From the NCBI GenBank assembly GCA_963677485.1, contig OY781964.1, positions 3,872,001 through 3,936,000 on the forward strand: a DNA stretch of 64,000 bases, read 5' to 3'. How positions within the stretch are numbered: the first letter of the stretch is position 1; each line of letters starts with the position of its first letter. The DNA is from Armatimonadota bacterium. GTDB taxonomy: Bacteria > Armatimonadota > HRBIN16. This document shows, piece after piece, positions 9,324 to 19,483 of the stretch. The translations under genes and the position numbers were made by a program. Below the pieces are notes generated by a model, which worked only from the letters and a program-made list of their open reading frames with translations, did not search any database and had not been told where the DNA came from.

Positions 9324-9700
9324 AACACGTGCGGGGCCCTCGATTATAATCGTTGATTAGTGCCTAGCCTACAGTGATGAATTTTAAAAAAACACCTATC
9401 CCAGTAGAGCCTTCTCCCCCCATCGCGAGTGCACAATTAACCGAATACAGTGCTTATAAACTCTGAAGCGGCGATGCCCGACGGTAAATGTGTTTTCTTG
9501 TGTCAAGGTGGAGTAAGAGCCACAGCGGCGGTCTGAATGCTGTCGATGGAAATCCACCAAGGTCACTAAGGGATCATGGCGTGAATTGTAAGTCTGTTCG
9601 GCATATTAATGCCATCAGTATTCGGCGTGTTTATCCCAATTTGTAATTTTCTGCGTTGTGGGCAGCATCTTGACAAGCGCAGCCTTGTTAAAACCTCCGC

Positions 9701-10553
9701 GCGGTGAGCAGGTCATGCGCAAAAACGGCACAGACCTGAAGTATTACCACTTCGATGAGCTGGGCAGCACGCTCTTCCTGACGGACGTCAATGGCATACA
9801 GGCCGATAAATACGTCTACAACGCCTGGGCAAGGTGGTGTCGTCTTCTGGCACGACGGTGAACCCATATAAATATGTAGGTCGATTGGGGTACTATTCAG
9901 ATAGTGGCACTGGTTTGATGCTGTTAGGCAAGCGCTTCTACGACCCGGAGGCAGGGGTGTTTACTCAGCGCGACAAGGCGAAGGACGGGATGAGCTACTA
10001 TGCCTATACCAGCGGAAAGGTGATGACGGCGATGGATCCGTGGGGGAAGTTTATGGGTGAGGTTATTAACCCCGGGGGATTTAATCCGTTTATAAATCTC
10101 CCTATCGATCATATCCGGGAGACACTTGAAAGTAATAAGAAACGTCTGCGTGATCTATTGCAGGATACCAAAGGCTGTAAACGAACTGACATATATTGCG
10201 TTGCCAAGGGATGGAGAAGTGCCCAAGTACAGGTTGAGCAGTATGCAGGCCTCAAAAATATCCCAGATGGTACTATTTGGAACGCCATAGTGCATTGTAC
10301 AGCCGCATGTAATATATCGAGGTACTGTGGCAGCTCGCTAGCCAAAAATGCCAATGATAACCATGAGTATCTCAGATGGGATGGATGGAATGGGCCTATG
10401 GGTTTATGGAATAATGGCGTGGGTTTATATGTTGCTAATGGAAACGGCTCTTGCTTGGAGGGCTGTGCTGCGAAGGCTAATAGTGGTGAGTTAGCGTGGC
10501 TGAGACCATTACCGTGGATACCGATCGGTTATTGGCCGAGGATTATTTGGTAA
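9701..10553 (+). pseudogene. Orphan Rhs core + toxin CT3 (core frameshifted, CT intact)
   Basis: One G missing at GCCTGGGCAAG (~9823-9833) relative to the other copies; MDPWG at ~10032-10046; CT with NAIVHCTAAC...NHE...WNNGVG. Confidence 0.8.
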
Positions 10554-10559
10554 ACACCC

Positions 10560-11060
10560 ATGATGACTATAGGTCTAAAATCCACAATAATAGTAGTAGC
10601 TAAAATTATACTGGTGCTGGTATTTGTTTGTATTAGGTACATACTTAATCTCTATCTAGCAGTAAGCGATTTACCAACACATAGTTTTATAGTGAGGCTG
10701 GTATTTCTCTCTATACTCATGCCATGCTTCTTGTTTGGGCTCGCGAGGTTGGTCAGCAGTTCTGTAATCGCATATATCGTCACCTGTATCGCTGTGATTG
10801 CAAGTATTACCATAAGAATTTTCGACAGTGGTCCGATTTCATATTTATGGCCATTTGGATTCTGGCTTCGCATTGAGCCTCCCAGTCAAATAACAGCAAT
10901 TGTCTTGTGTGCATTAGCAGTGCTGTTTGCGTTAAAAAAACTAGTGGAATATGTAAAGCATGATACGCCATTTAGCCTTGTCCTCATCGTTGGCAGTCAG
11001 GTTGTGGAGATTATACTTACGGCTTATTCGTGTGATCCTAGCATTCAATGCGGTGACTAG
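10560..11060 (+). CDS. Multi-pass membrane protein, candidate immunity protein for CT3
   Basis: 4-5 hydrophobic segments; starts 6 nt after the CT3 stop; AT-rich. Confidence 0.6.
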   Translation: MMTIGLKSTIIVVAKIILVLVFVCIRYILNLYLAVSDLPTHSFIVRLVFLSILMPCFLFGLARLVSSSVIAYIVTCIAVIASITIRIFDSGPISYLWPFGFWLRIEPPSQITAIVLCALAVLFALKKLVEYVKHDTPFSLVLIVGSQVVEIILTAYSCDPSIQCGD

Positions 11061-11100
11061 TTATTAATTACATTCATCCAAAAATGACACACGGTGTGAA

Positions 11101-11393
11101 GACGGCATGGACTTGAATCACTACCACTCGGAAACACCCTCTTCCTGACAGACATCAACGGCGTGCAGACAGACAAGTATGTCTACAACGCCTGGGGCAA
11201 GGTAGTTTCATCCAGCGGGAGCACGGTGAACCCGTTTCAATATGTGGGTCAGTTGGGGTATTATTCAGACAGCTTCACAGGTTTGATGCTGCTAGGCTGC
11301 CGCTTCTACGACCCGGAAGCGGAGGTATTCACCCAGCCCGACTCGTCGAGATTCATACACCACCACCGCCCCTTTAGGAAATACTTTCCGTAA
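11101..11393 (+). pseudogene. Degenerate Rhs core remnant with no toxin domain
   Basis: QTDKYVYNAWGKVVSSSGSTVNPFQYVGQLGYY...RFYDP; homology stops at ~11342 before the DPxG motif. Confidence 0.8.
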
Positions 11394-11496
11394 ACACCGT
11401 GCAATACTGGTAAATCACTCCATAACCGGGTATCATAACCTCGTATGCCTTGTGGGCGGTGTCCACCTGGCCAGATACTCAGCATGGAGACAAATA

Positions 11497-12414
11497 ATGA
11501 CGAAGTTCAGCTTCGGTATCAATATGGGTTTCGCGATCAACCGCTTCCCCGAGCCAAAAGTGTGGGCGAAGCTGGTCAAAGAGGATTTCGGGCTGGACAA
11601 CATCCAGTTCGTGGCCGACCTTCTCAACCCCTTCCTGCCCGACATGGTGATCAGCGCCCAGATGGACGAGATCAAGAACGAGTGTGCGAAGCGCGGCATC
11701 ACCGTCCAGAGCACCTTCACCAGTGCCTTCACCCGTGTCAACCACCTGATGCACCCCGATCCCGTGCAGCGGCGTGTCTGGATCGAGTGGTTCAAGAAGT
11801 GGTTCGCGATCTCCGCGGAGCTGGGAGCCGAGACCACCGGCAGCCATTTTGGCATCATGAGCGTGAATGACGTGAACAACCCCGAGCTCTTCAAACAGCG
11901 CGAAGATGGCTGCGTGGCGGCCTGGCAGGAGCTGAGCCGAACCGGCAAAGAGCTTGGTCTGAAGTATTTGATCTACGAACCGATGTCTTGCCCGCGTGAG
12001 AACGCCTGGACCTGGGAAGAGACCTTGCGTCTGCGTGACCGCGTAAACGAGGACGCGGCCATCCCCATGGAGATATGCCTCGACCTCGGCCATGCACCGC
12101 ACCCCGATCAGCGCGACCCCGTGCTCTGGATACGCAAGACGGGGGCCGTCAGTCCGGTGATTCACCTTCAGCAGACTGAAGCGGGCCATAGCCGTCACTG
12201 GCCTTTCACCGCGCAATACAATGCGCAAGGCGTGGTCCAGCCATATGAGATGCTCAAGGAGCTCGAAGCCACAGGCCGTGAAGAGTTTGCCCTCTTCCTG
12301 GAAATCAGCCATCGCGAGCGCTGGCCTGATGATACCTATGTCATCCCCGAACTGGCCGAATCCGCTCAGTGCTGGAAGGATGCCATCGCCCGCTACGAAA
12401 GCGAGAATAGCTAG
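11497..12414 (+). CDS. TIM-barrel sugar-phosphate isomerase/epimerase, EryC-like
   Basis: GINMGFAINRFPEP; metal ligands YEPMS, LDLGH, IHLQQT, LEI; GGAG RBS before ATG 11497. Confidence 0.75.
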   Translation: MTKFSFGINMGFAINRFPEPKVWAKLVKEDFGLDNIQFVADLLNPFLPDMVISAQMDEIKNECAKRGITVQSTFTSAFTRVNHLMHPDPVQRRVWIEWFKKWFAISAELGAETTGSHFGIMSVNDVNNPELFKQREDGCVAAWQELSRTGKELGLKYLIYEPMSCPRENAWTWEETLRLRDRVNEDAAIPMEICLDLGHAPHPDQRDPVLWIRKTGAVSPVIHLQQTEAGHSRHWPFTAQYNAQGVVQPYEMLKELEATGREEFALFLEISHRERWPDDTYVIPELAESAQCWKDAIARYESENS

Positions 12415-13455
12415 ATGAGGGCACTCACGCTGAAGGCCATTGGCGAGATGGCGATGGTGGAGCTGCCGAAGCCCGAGCCGAAAGAGGGCTGGGCGGTGAT
12501 CCGCGTGGTGGCCTGCGGGGTATGCGGCAGTGATATCCCCCGTGTGTTTTCCAAGGGCACCTATCACTTTCCCACGGTCATTGGCCATGAGTTTTCCGGC
12601 ACGATTGAACAGATCGGTGAGAACACGCTTGGTCTGAGCGTGGGGGATACCGTGGCGGTGTTCCCGTTGATTCCTTGCGGGAAATGTGCGATGTGCGGCA
12701 TCGGGCAGTACCATCTGTGCGACGACTACGACTATCTGGGTTCCCGTCGAGACGGCGCGTTCGCGGAGTATGTCAGCGCACCTGTGCAGAACCTGCTCAA
12801 AGTGCCAGACGGCGTGGATGCTGATCATGCTGCGATGGTGGAGCCATGCGCTGTGGCGCTTCATGCGGTGCGCCGAGGTGGTATCAACGCGGGTGACATC
12901 GTGTGGGTGGCTGGAGCTGGCCCCATCGGACTGCTGATCGCGAAGTGGGCGAAAATCCTGGGAGCCAGCCGCGTGATGATCAGCGATATCGACCAGAAGA
13001 AGCTCGATATGGCCGCCGAGTGGGTGGGTGCGGAGCCCATCAACAGCGTCCAGGTGGATCCTGTCGATTGGGTGATGCAGCAGACCGGCGGGCGTGGTGC
13101 CGATCTGGCGGTTGAAGCGGTGGGCATCGCGCAGACCGCCAACCAGGCGATCATGGTGGCCCGGAAGATGGGCCGCGTGGTGTTCATGGGCAACCCAGCG
13201 GGTGATATGAACTTCCCGCAGAAGGTCTACTGGGAAATCCTGCGCCGTGAGCTCACGGTGGTGGGTGGATGGAACAGCAGCTACGGAAGCTATCCCACCA
13301 ACGAGTGGAAGGTCGTTCTGGAGGCCATGGCGGATGGTCGGCTTGATGTCACCCCACTGATCACGCAGGTTGTTGGTCTGGAACAGGCATACGACACCAT
13401 GGTGGCCATGCGCGACCGTAAGATCGACTACATCAAGGTGTTGGTGAAGCCATAA
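12415..13455 (+). CDS. Zn-dependent polyol(-phosphate) dehydrogenase, GatD-like
   Basis: CGSD, GHEFSG, CxxCxxC...C, GAGPIG, ILRRELTVVGGWNS. Confidence 0.85.
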   Translation: MRALTLKAIGEMAMVELPKPEPKEGWAVIRVVACGVCGSDIPRVFSKGTYHFPTVIGHEFSGTIEQIGENTLGLSVGDTVAVFPLIPCGKCAMCGIGQYHLCDDYDYLGSRRDGAFAEYVSAPVQNLLKVPDGVDADHAAMVEPCAVALHAVRRGGINAGDIVWVAGAGPIGLLIAKWAKILGASRVMISDIDQKKLDMAAEWVGAEPINSVQVDPVDWVMQQTGGRGADLAVEAVGIAQTANQAIMVARKMGRVVFMGNPAGDMNFPQKVYWEILRRELTVVGGWNSSYGSYPTNEWKVVLEAMADGRLDVTPLITQVVGLEQAYDTMVAMRDRKIDYIKVLVKP

Positions 13456-13458
13456 ATC

Positions 13459-14262
13459 ATGTGTGATCACAACGAAGCAAACGTCTCTCGGTTTGATGGA
13501 TTCGCGGAGATATATGATAAGTATCGGCCGCAACCCCCGAAGGTCATACCGGCGATGCTCACCCAGTGGCTTGGTGCCATGCCGAAGCTGGTAGTAGACA
13601 TCGGCTGCGGAACCGGCCTCTCTACGCGGATATGGCAGTCGCAGGCGGATCGGGTGATCGGTATCGAGCCGAACCATGATATGCGCAGCGTGGCAGAACA
13701 ACGCACGCCATCCGAAGCCGGCATCAGCTATCAGTTTGGCACCTCGACACAGACTGGCCTGCCTGACGAATCAACGGACATCGTGTCTGTCTCGCAAGCC
13801 TTTCATTGGATGGAGCCGGTGGCAACCCTCAAGGAAGTGTCACGGGTGTTGCGTCCTGACGGGATTTTGGCTGTGATAGACTGCGACTGGCCGCCGATGA
13901 TGAATTGGCAGGCGGAACAGAAATACCGTGAGCTGATGGCGTTAACAAGCTCGCTCGAGCGTGCACAGAAGAAACTGAACGATGTAAAGAAGTGGCCCAA
14001 GAGCGAGCATATGCATAATATCGAGCGATCTGGCCATTTCCGGTATACCAGGGAGGTCACTCTGCACAACACCGAAACGGGCAATGCCGATCGACTCATT
14101 GGCATGATGTACAGCCAGGGCGGTGTCGAAAGCCTGCTTAAGCTGGGTGTCACACAGTTGGTCGACGCCATTGAGCCGTTCAAACAGGCCATCCATGAAA
14201 TACTGGGTGAAACTCTGCAACCCTGGTATGTGAGCTACCGCGTCCGGTTAGGCGTAAAGTAG
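13459..14262 (+). CDS. Class I SAM-dependent methyltransferase
   Basis: YDKYRP, VDIGCGTGLST, SQAFHW, RVLRPDG. Confidence 0.9.
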   Translation: MCDHNEANVSRFDGFAEIYDKYRPQPPKVIPAMLTQWLGAMPKLVVDIGCGTGLSTRIWQSQADRVIGIEPNHDMRSVAEQRTPSEAGISYQFGTSTQTGLPDESTDIVSVSQAFHWMEPVATLKEVSRVLRPDGILAVIDCDWPPMMNWQAEQKYRELMALTSSLERAQKKLNDVKKWPKSEHMHNIERSGHFRYTREVTLHNTETGNADRLIGMMYSQGGVESLLKLGVTQLVDAIEPFKQAIHEILGETLQPWYVSYRVRLGVK

Positions 14263-14338
14263 GCGCCAGCCTGCCGCCGCCAGATTCGATGAATGATGAC
14301 TACCCGCAGTCACCCTGCGGATATATAGGAGCCGATGA

Positions 14339-15376
14339 ATGAAAGCTGCCGTATTCCATGCGCTCAAAGACATGCGCGTCGAAACCGTCCCCGATCCAGT
14401 CGTGACCGATGATGCCGTTCTGCTGCGTGTGCGCGCTTGCGCGGTGTGCGGGTCAGATATCCGTATCTTCAACTACGGTAACAACCGCATCACACCTCCC
14501 CAGATTCTGGGCCACGAGATCGCCGGTGACGTGGTGGCAGTGGGCAAGAATGTGACCAAGTTCCAGGTCGGTGACCGCGTATGCACCGGTGCGGATATCC
14601 CCTGCGGCGAGTGCAAGCCCTGCGAGGCGGGGATGGGCAACAACTGCCGGACCAATCTGGCCATGGGATACCAGTTCCCGGGCGGCTTCGCTGAGTATGT
14701 GCTGCTGGAGCGGCGTGTGGTAAACTTCGGCCCGGTCCACAAGATACCGGCCCATCTGAGTTATGCAGAGGCCTCCCTGGCGGAACCGCTCGCTTGTGCG
14801 ATCAACGGCATCGAGATGACCGGCATGAACCCCGGTGAGACGGTGGTGGTGATTGGCGCTGGCCCTATCGGCTTGATGCTGGTGGAGATGGCGAAGTTCC
14901 AGGGAGCCGGCAAAGTGATTGTGGTGCAGCGCAGCAAAGCACGCATGGCGATTGCGAAAAGCTTCGGCGCCGATGTAGTGACCAGCCCGCTTGACGAAGA
15001 CCCCGTGCAGCGTGTGATGGCTGAGACCGATGGAGAGGGTGCCGACGTGATCTTCACCGCCACCAGCTCGCTGGAGACCCAGGAGCAGGCTTATCGTATG
15101 CTGGCCTTCCGCGGACGGCTGAACCTGTTTGGCGGTCTACCCGCTGGCAGCGAGAAGCTGTGTATCGACAGCAACCTTCTGCATTACCGCGAGGCGCTCA
15201 TGACCGGCTCACATGGCTCGGTGCCGCGACAGCATGGCCTGGCGCTTGACCTGATCGCGAAGGGTTGCATCGACGCCCAGAAGTATATCAGCGCGAAATA
15301 CGACCTTGACCACATCCTGGATGCTCTGGCCCTTGCGGGAGACCATACGGTGTGCAAAGTGATCATCGAGCCTTAA
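14339..15376 (+). CDS. Zn-dependent alcohol/polyol dehydrogenase (L-iditol dehydrogenase-like)
   Basis: CGSD, LGHEIAG, CGECKPC, EPLAC, GAGPIG. Confidence 0.88.
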   Translation: MKAAVFHALKDMRVETVPDPVVTDDAVLLRVRACAVCGSDIRIFNYGNNRITPPQILGHEIAGDVVAVGKNVTKFQVGDRVCTGADIPCGECKPCEAGMGNNCRTNLAMGYQFPGGFAEYVLLERRVVNFGPVHKIPAHLSYAEASLAEPLACAINGIEMTGMNPGETVVVIGAGPIGLMLVEMAKFQGAGKVIVVQRSKARMAIAKSFGADVVTSPLDEDPVQRVMAETDGEGADVIFTATSSLETQEQAYRMLAFRGRLNLFGGLPAGSEKLCIDSNLLHYREALMTGSHGSVPRQHGLALDLIAKGCIDAQKYISAKYDLDHILDALALAGDHTVCKVIIEP

Positions 15377-15386
15377 GGAGCGAATA

Positions 15387-16064
15387 ATGAGACCGAATAT
15401 ACTTTCCGCTTCGCTCCAGTGCGCCGATGTGCTGCACCTTGAGCAGGACCTGCAGAGCCTGAAGGCCGCAGGTGTCGAATATCTGCATATTGATGCTGCC
15501 GATGGGCACTTCGTGCCTAATCTGGGTGTGGGGATGGACTTCGCCAAGAAGGTGGCAAAAGCGAGTGACATCCCGCTGGATGTGCATTTGATGGTCAGCA
15601 ACCCCGACTTCTGGGTGCCGAAAGTGATCGACGAGTTGAACCCGGCGATTGTCTGCTGGCACGCTGAGGCCACGAATCACAGCGTCCGGCTGGCTCAGAC
15701 CGCGCGGGCCGCGGGAGCGAAGGCGGGCGTCTGCTTGAACCCAGGCACACCGGTGCATATGCTTGAAAACATCCTTCCTGAGGTCGATTTGGTGCTGCTG
15801 ATGACCGTGAACCCCGGGTTTGCAGGCCAGAAACTAGTGGAGAGCACTCTGCGGAAGATCGAGACACTGGCCGATATGGCCGATGGTCTAGAAGTAGAGA
15901 TCGATATCGCCGTCGATGGCAATGTCAGTTTCGAGGCAGGTCCACGCATGGCCGCCCTTGGAGCGAACTTCTTTATCTGTGGCACCAGCAGCCTTTGGCT
16001 GCCGGGTAATACGATCATGGACAACGCCGCGGCGTTCCGAAAGGCACTGGCCGAAGCCGAATAG
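15387..16064 (+). CDS. rpe: Ribulose-phosphate 3-epimerase family protein (Rpe/AlsE-like)
   Basis: HIDAADGHFVPN, DVHLMV, MTVNPGFAGQ, VDG. Confidence 0.85.
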   Translation: MRPNILSASLQCADVLHLEQDLQSLKAAGVEYLHIDAADGHFVPNLGVGMDFAKKVAKASDIPLDVHLMVSNPDFWVPKVIDELNPAIVCWHAEATNHSVRLAQTARAAGAKAGVCLNPGTPVHMLENILPEVDLVLLMTVNPGFAGQKLVESTLRKIETLADMADGLEVEIDIAVDGNVSFEAGPRMAALGANFFICGTSSLWLPGNTIMDNAAAFRKALAEAE

Positions 16065-16078
16065 TGTAAACTATAAGC

Positions 16079-18007
16079 GTGAATAAGAGATTCTATACCG
16101 GGGTGGGGGCTGTGATCGCAGCGCTCATCCCGGCTTTGTGTCAGAGCCAGCCTCTGCAAATCGACTGGTTTGGGCCGTCTCGGGCGTGGTATCCGCAGGC
16201 TGCAGGTGCCATCGAGTGGCGCGCGTGGTGTCGCCTGCTGCCGGAGGGCGGAATCCCCAGCGGTACTAGGATCGCCATCTACCCGGTCAGCGGTTTGGAT
16301 TTTGGCGGAGGAAATGTGGTCCAGCCGTTGGAGTTATCCGCGGCGAAACCCGTGCAAGCCCTCTCGTTCGGATTGAACCTGAAGGGCAACGCCCCACCTG
16401 TTGCCTTCATCGCACCCCAAGACCCCGCCATGGTTCTAGCGAATGCTTCCACAGCCTATGTGGGCGGCACAGAGACCGGCATGGTCAAGCTGGGCAACTT
16501 GGGCGTTGGTCTGGTGGAGACCTCGGTGGGCACGGTGGTACGTTGGATGGTTCCTGAAGCTACCGGTTGGCGAACGGTGGGCGTGAGTGCTCCCTTAGTG
16601 AATGTGAACGCGAGCCTCAACAAGGGCGTGCGTCACAAGAGCAGCTTGAATGATGCCAAAATCAGCATGGTGAAGCCCGGAGTGGCCCGCATCACCGGCC
16701 AATGCGGTGACGGTGCGCGGGTGAGTGTCGATCTTACGGCCGCCTCGCTGACGACCATACGGGCTGATATCAGCTATACCGCCAAGGGTAACATGCAGGT
16801 TTGGGATGCCTGCCTGTTTGACCTGCGCGCGGGCGATGCGGACATCGGTAACGGCATCGGACTGGTGCCCCAGGTGGGCGCCTTCCCCTATAAATACAAC
16901 GACCTGACCGCGGCCACCCCCAATAGCACCGCTACCGAGAAATCTGCACCTGCCGCGAGTTCCTGGATGGCCATGAGCGGGCAGTCGGGTGGTGTGGCTG
17001 TACAGCCGGTGGAGGCCTCGGTTCGGTCCGTGAGCAGTTCTGTGGAGTGGGACTTCGCCTCGCCCAACAACCCGTATCTTCAGAACAATGTGTGGTTTCG
17101 GGTCACGCCCCAACTTCCGGACATCCTTCCAATGAGCCTCAGCACAGGTCAAAGCATCAGCGTGTCGGTTCGTGTTCAGATATGTCCGGATAACCTCAGT
17201 GTGGAGCCGCTTCTATGGCCCTGGCTGAAGAATCGCAGCGTGGCCTGGCAAAACCTGAGCGGTGCCATGACGCCCATCGTGGACACTCCAGCGGAAACCG
17301 CTGTGCTCTCAGGGGACTCCAACGCCCTATTGGCACCTGGTGACACGGGCTTTGACCCGAACCAGATCGATGCTGCTACCGCCCAGAAGGCTGCTGCTGC
17401 TGCCAAAACGGCGCTCTTGACCGCCGATCCTGCCATGCAGATGCTGGCAAGCAGTTGGCTGAACAACGCCACCCAGCGGTTCTACGGGCGTGACGGATTC
17501 ATTGACGCATCGGCGATGCTCTTACCTGAGATGGCGAGTGTGGCGATGAATAGTTGGACTGCGACCGGTAACGAGCAATGGGCTGGCTGCTTGCGCGATG
17601 TGACGGTCACCGGCTGTGCGTTGAACTCTCAAAAGCTGCAGCCCTGGGCTAGCCGGTTTGGTGGTGCCTACTTGCTGCGAAACGGATTGCCGATCAGCGA
17701 CGAGCTGCTGGCGAAGCTTCCGGCAGCTAACGCCATGGGGCGGGTGCAGTCCAAGCGTGTGACGGTCGGCGTCTGGAGCGGGAGTGTGAGCGGCTGTGCG
17801 CCTTTCGGTGTCAGCACTGTCGGGTCCTTTTCCGTCACGCTGACTCGCGACGGTGCTCAGTTGGTGGTGATCAACGGCTGCCCGTTGCCAAAGGGCGTGA
17901 AGTTCGCAGGGGCACCTATGTCCGCAACTGACTGGAGTTATCTGCCCGACCGCAAGCTGCTGGTAGTGCGCCTTCCTGGTGCAGGGAGTCTGAGTGTAGG
18001 ATTTTAG
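16079..18007 (+). CDS. Hypothetical secreted protein
   Basis: 642-aa ORF with signal-peptide-like N-terminus; no motif recognised. Confidence 0.7.
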   Translation: MNKRFYTGVGAVIAALIPALCQSQPLQIDWFGPSRAWYPQAAGAIEWRAWCRLLPEGGIPSGTRIAIYPVSGLDFGGGNVVQPLELSAAKPVQALSFGLNLKGNAPPVAFIAPQDPAMVLANASTAYVGGTETGMVKLGNLGVGLVETSVGTVVRWMVPEATGWRTVGVSAPLVNVNASLNKGVRHKSSLNDAKISMVKPGVARITGQCGDGARVSVDLTAASLTTIRADISYTAKGNMQVWDACLFDLRAGDADIGNGIGLVPQVGAFPYKYNDLTAATPNSTATEKSAPAASSWMAMSGQSGGVAVQPVEASVRSVSSSVEWDFASPNNPYLQNNVWFRVTPQLPDILPMSLSTGQSISVSVRVQICPDNLSVEPLLWPWLKNRSVAWQNLSGAMTPIVDTPAETAVLSGDSNALLAPGDTGFDPNQIDAATAQKAAAAAKTALLTADPAMQMLASSWLNNATQRFYGRDGFIDASAMLLPEMASVAMNSWTATGNEQWAGCLRDVTVTGCALNSQKLQPWASRFGGAYLLRNGLPISDELLAKLPAANAMGRVQSKRVTVGVWSGSVSGCAPFGVSTVGSFSVTLTRDGAQLVVINGCPLPKGVKFAGAPMSATDWSYLPDRKLLVVRLPGAGSLSVGF

Positions 18008-18137
18008 AGCATCAGTGACTGTCTTTTGGGGCATCTGCAGCTATAATGATATATCGACATCGGTCGCTATAGAGGCACAGATGATTAACTTAGTGCTTCA
18101 GTCATGACGGTGGCATTCATCGTAAGGAGGTCTCGAC

Positions 18138-19409
18138 ATGAGTAAAATACTACCCATCAACATTGATGAACTGCTTCATTGCAGAGGTGTGGAGTCGGCT
18201 CGTGTCGAGTTCAAAGGAAGCTGGGATGCAAAAACCACCGGTCACCAGGTCATCAAAACTATATGCGCCTTCGCGAATGACTTTCAGAACCTAAATGGCG
18301 GGTACATCGTCATCGGGGTCAAGGAGGAGAATGGTTGTGCTGTTTTGCCTCCAGTGGGTATTCTTCCAAACAGCCTGGATGTCATCCAAAAGTGGATCAG
18401 AGGGCATTGCAACACCATCGATCCTGAATACCAGGCTGTGTTTTCGCCTGAAGTGGTCGATGGTAAGCAGATTATGGTCATTTGGGTTCAAGCCAGCGAC
18501 ATCCGCCCGCACAGGGCACCCGATGGTGAAAAGGGGAGGCTCAAATTCTACGTTCGTATAGGCTCTGAAAGTGTTGATGCTGAAGCGAACGGCTTACTGC
18601 AGCAGCTATTGCAGCAAACGGCACGAGTGCCATTCGATGACCGTCGATCTTTGCATGCTCGCATTGATGATATCCGCGAGCGTAAAGTGCGTGAGTTTCT
18701 GAATGATATCCGTAGTGGCTTGGTTGATGAACCGGATACTAAGGAGCTTTACCGGAAACTGCGGATAGCCCAGCAGGTAAATGGTCATGATGCCCCAAGG
18801 AATATCGGTCTAATGCTGTTCAGCAATGATGCAGACGAGTGGTTCAATGGTGCCCGCATTGAGGTTGTGCGTTTTGCAGATGATGCATCTGGGAATGTCA
18901 TTGAGGAAAAGGTGTTTCGAGGCGGTATTCAAGAGCAGCTTTCAAGTGTTCTCTCTCATCTAGAAGGCATATCAAGTGCCTATATTGAGAAACAATCGGA
19001 TTCATTTTATGTGAAGGGCTGGGTGAGTTACCCACTACAAGCACTGCGAGAAGCACTAGTGAATGCCGTATACCATCGGTCATATGATGGGGAACCGGAA
19101 CCGACAAAAGTGTATCTTTACCCAGGCCGTATAGAAATCATCAGCTACCCTGGCCCAGTCCAGGGGATTAAAATCGAGCATTTAATGCAGCAGATTCCCA
19201 TGCCACCTGTACCTGCCCGAAACCGCCGGATAGGGGAGTTCCTTAAGGAGCTGAGGCTTGCGGAAGGGCGTGGCACCGGAATCCCCAAACTTTTTAAGGC
19301 GATGCGTGACAATGGTTCCGGTGACCCTCAGTTTGATTTCGATGATGACAAAACCTATTTTAGGGTGACCTTGCCCTCTCATCCAGCCATGCAGCAAAAT
19401 GGTGGCTGA
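18138..19409 (+). CDS. AlbA_2 (Schlafen-like) + HATPase_c_4 domain protein
   Basis: ESARVEFK, ICAFAN, GGYIVIGV; YPLQALREALVNAVYHRSY, RNRRIGEFLKEL, EGRGTGI; AGGAGG RBS. Confidence 0.85.
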   Translation: MSKILPINIDELLHCRGVESARVEFKGSWDAKTTGHQVIKTICAFANDFQNLNGGYIVIGVKEENGCAVLPPVGILPNSLDVIQKWIRGHCNTIDPEYQAVFSPEVVDGKQIMVIWVQASDIRPHRAPDGEKGRLKFYVRIGSESVDAEANGLLQQLLQQTARVPFDDRRSLHARIDDIRERKVREFLNDIRSGLVDEPDTKELYRKLRIAQQVNGHDAPRNIGLMLFSNDADEWFNGARIEVVRFADDASGNVIEEKVFRGGIQEQLSSVLSHLEGISSAYIEKQSDSFYVKGWVSYPLQALREALVNAVYHRSYDGEPEPTKVYLYPGRIEIISYPGPVQGIKIEHLMQQIPMPPVPARNRRIGEFLKELRLAEGRGTGIPKLFKAMRDNGSGDPQFDFDDDKTYFRVTLPSHPAMQQNGG

Positions 19410-19483
19410 GCCATTATATACCACTGAAGTATGCAGGAGCCATTGTCGTATCCGCTAATGCGATGTGTTCTGCGTTTGTTGCA

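Noticed and set aside
9567-9600. Weak similarity of TAAGGGATCATGGCG to 5497-5525 upstream of rhs copies
   Set aside because: Too short and gapped to distinguish from chance by eye
5605-11342. Repeated ~300-bp segments as a DGR template/variable pair or CRISPR
   Set aside because: Repeats are coding Rhs cores with mostly synonymous, not adenine-specific, differences; no reverse transcriptase or cas genes; no repeat-spacer periodicity
11479-13701. 740-aa antisense ORF
   Set aside because: Shadow of well-supported + strand genes; His/Arg/Asp-rich with no motifs, typical of GC-rich codon bias
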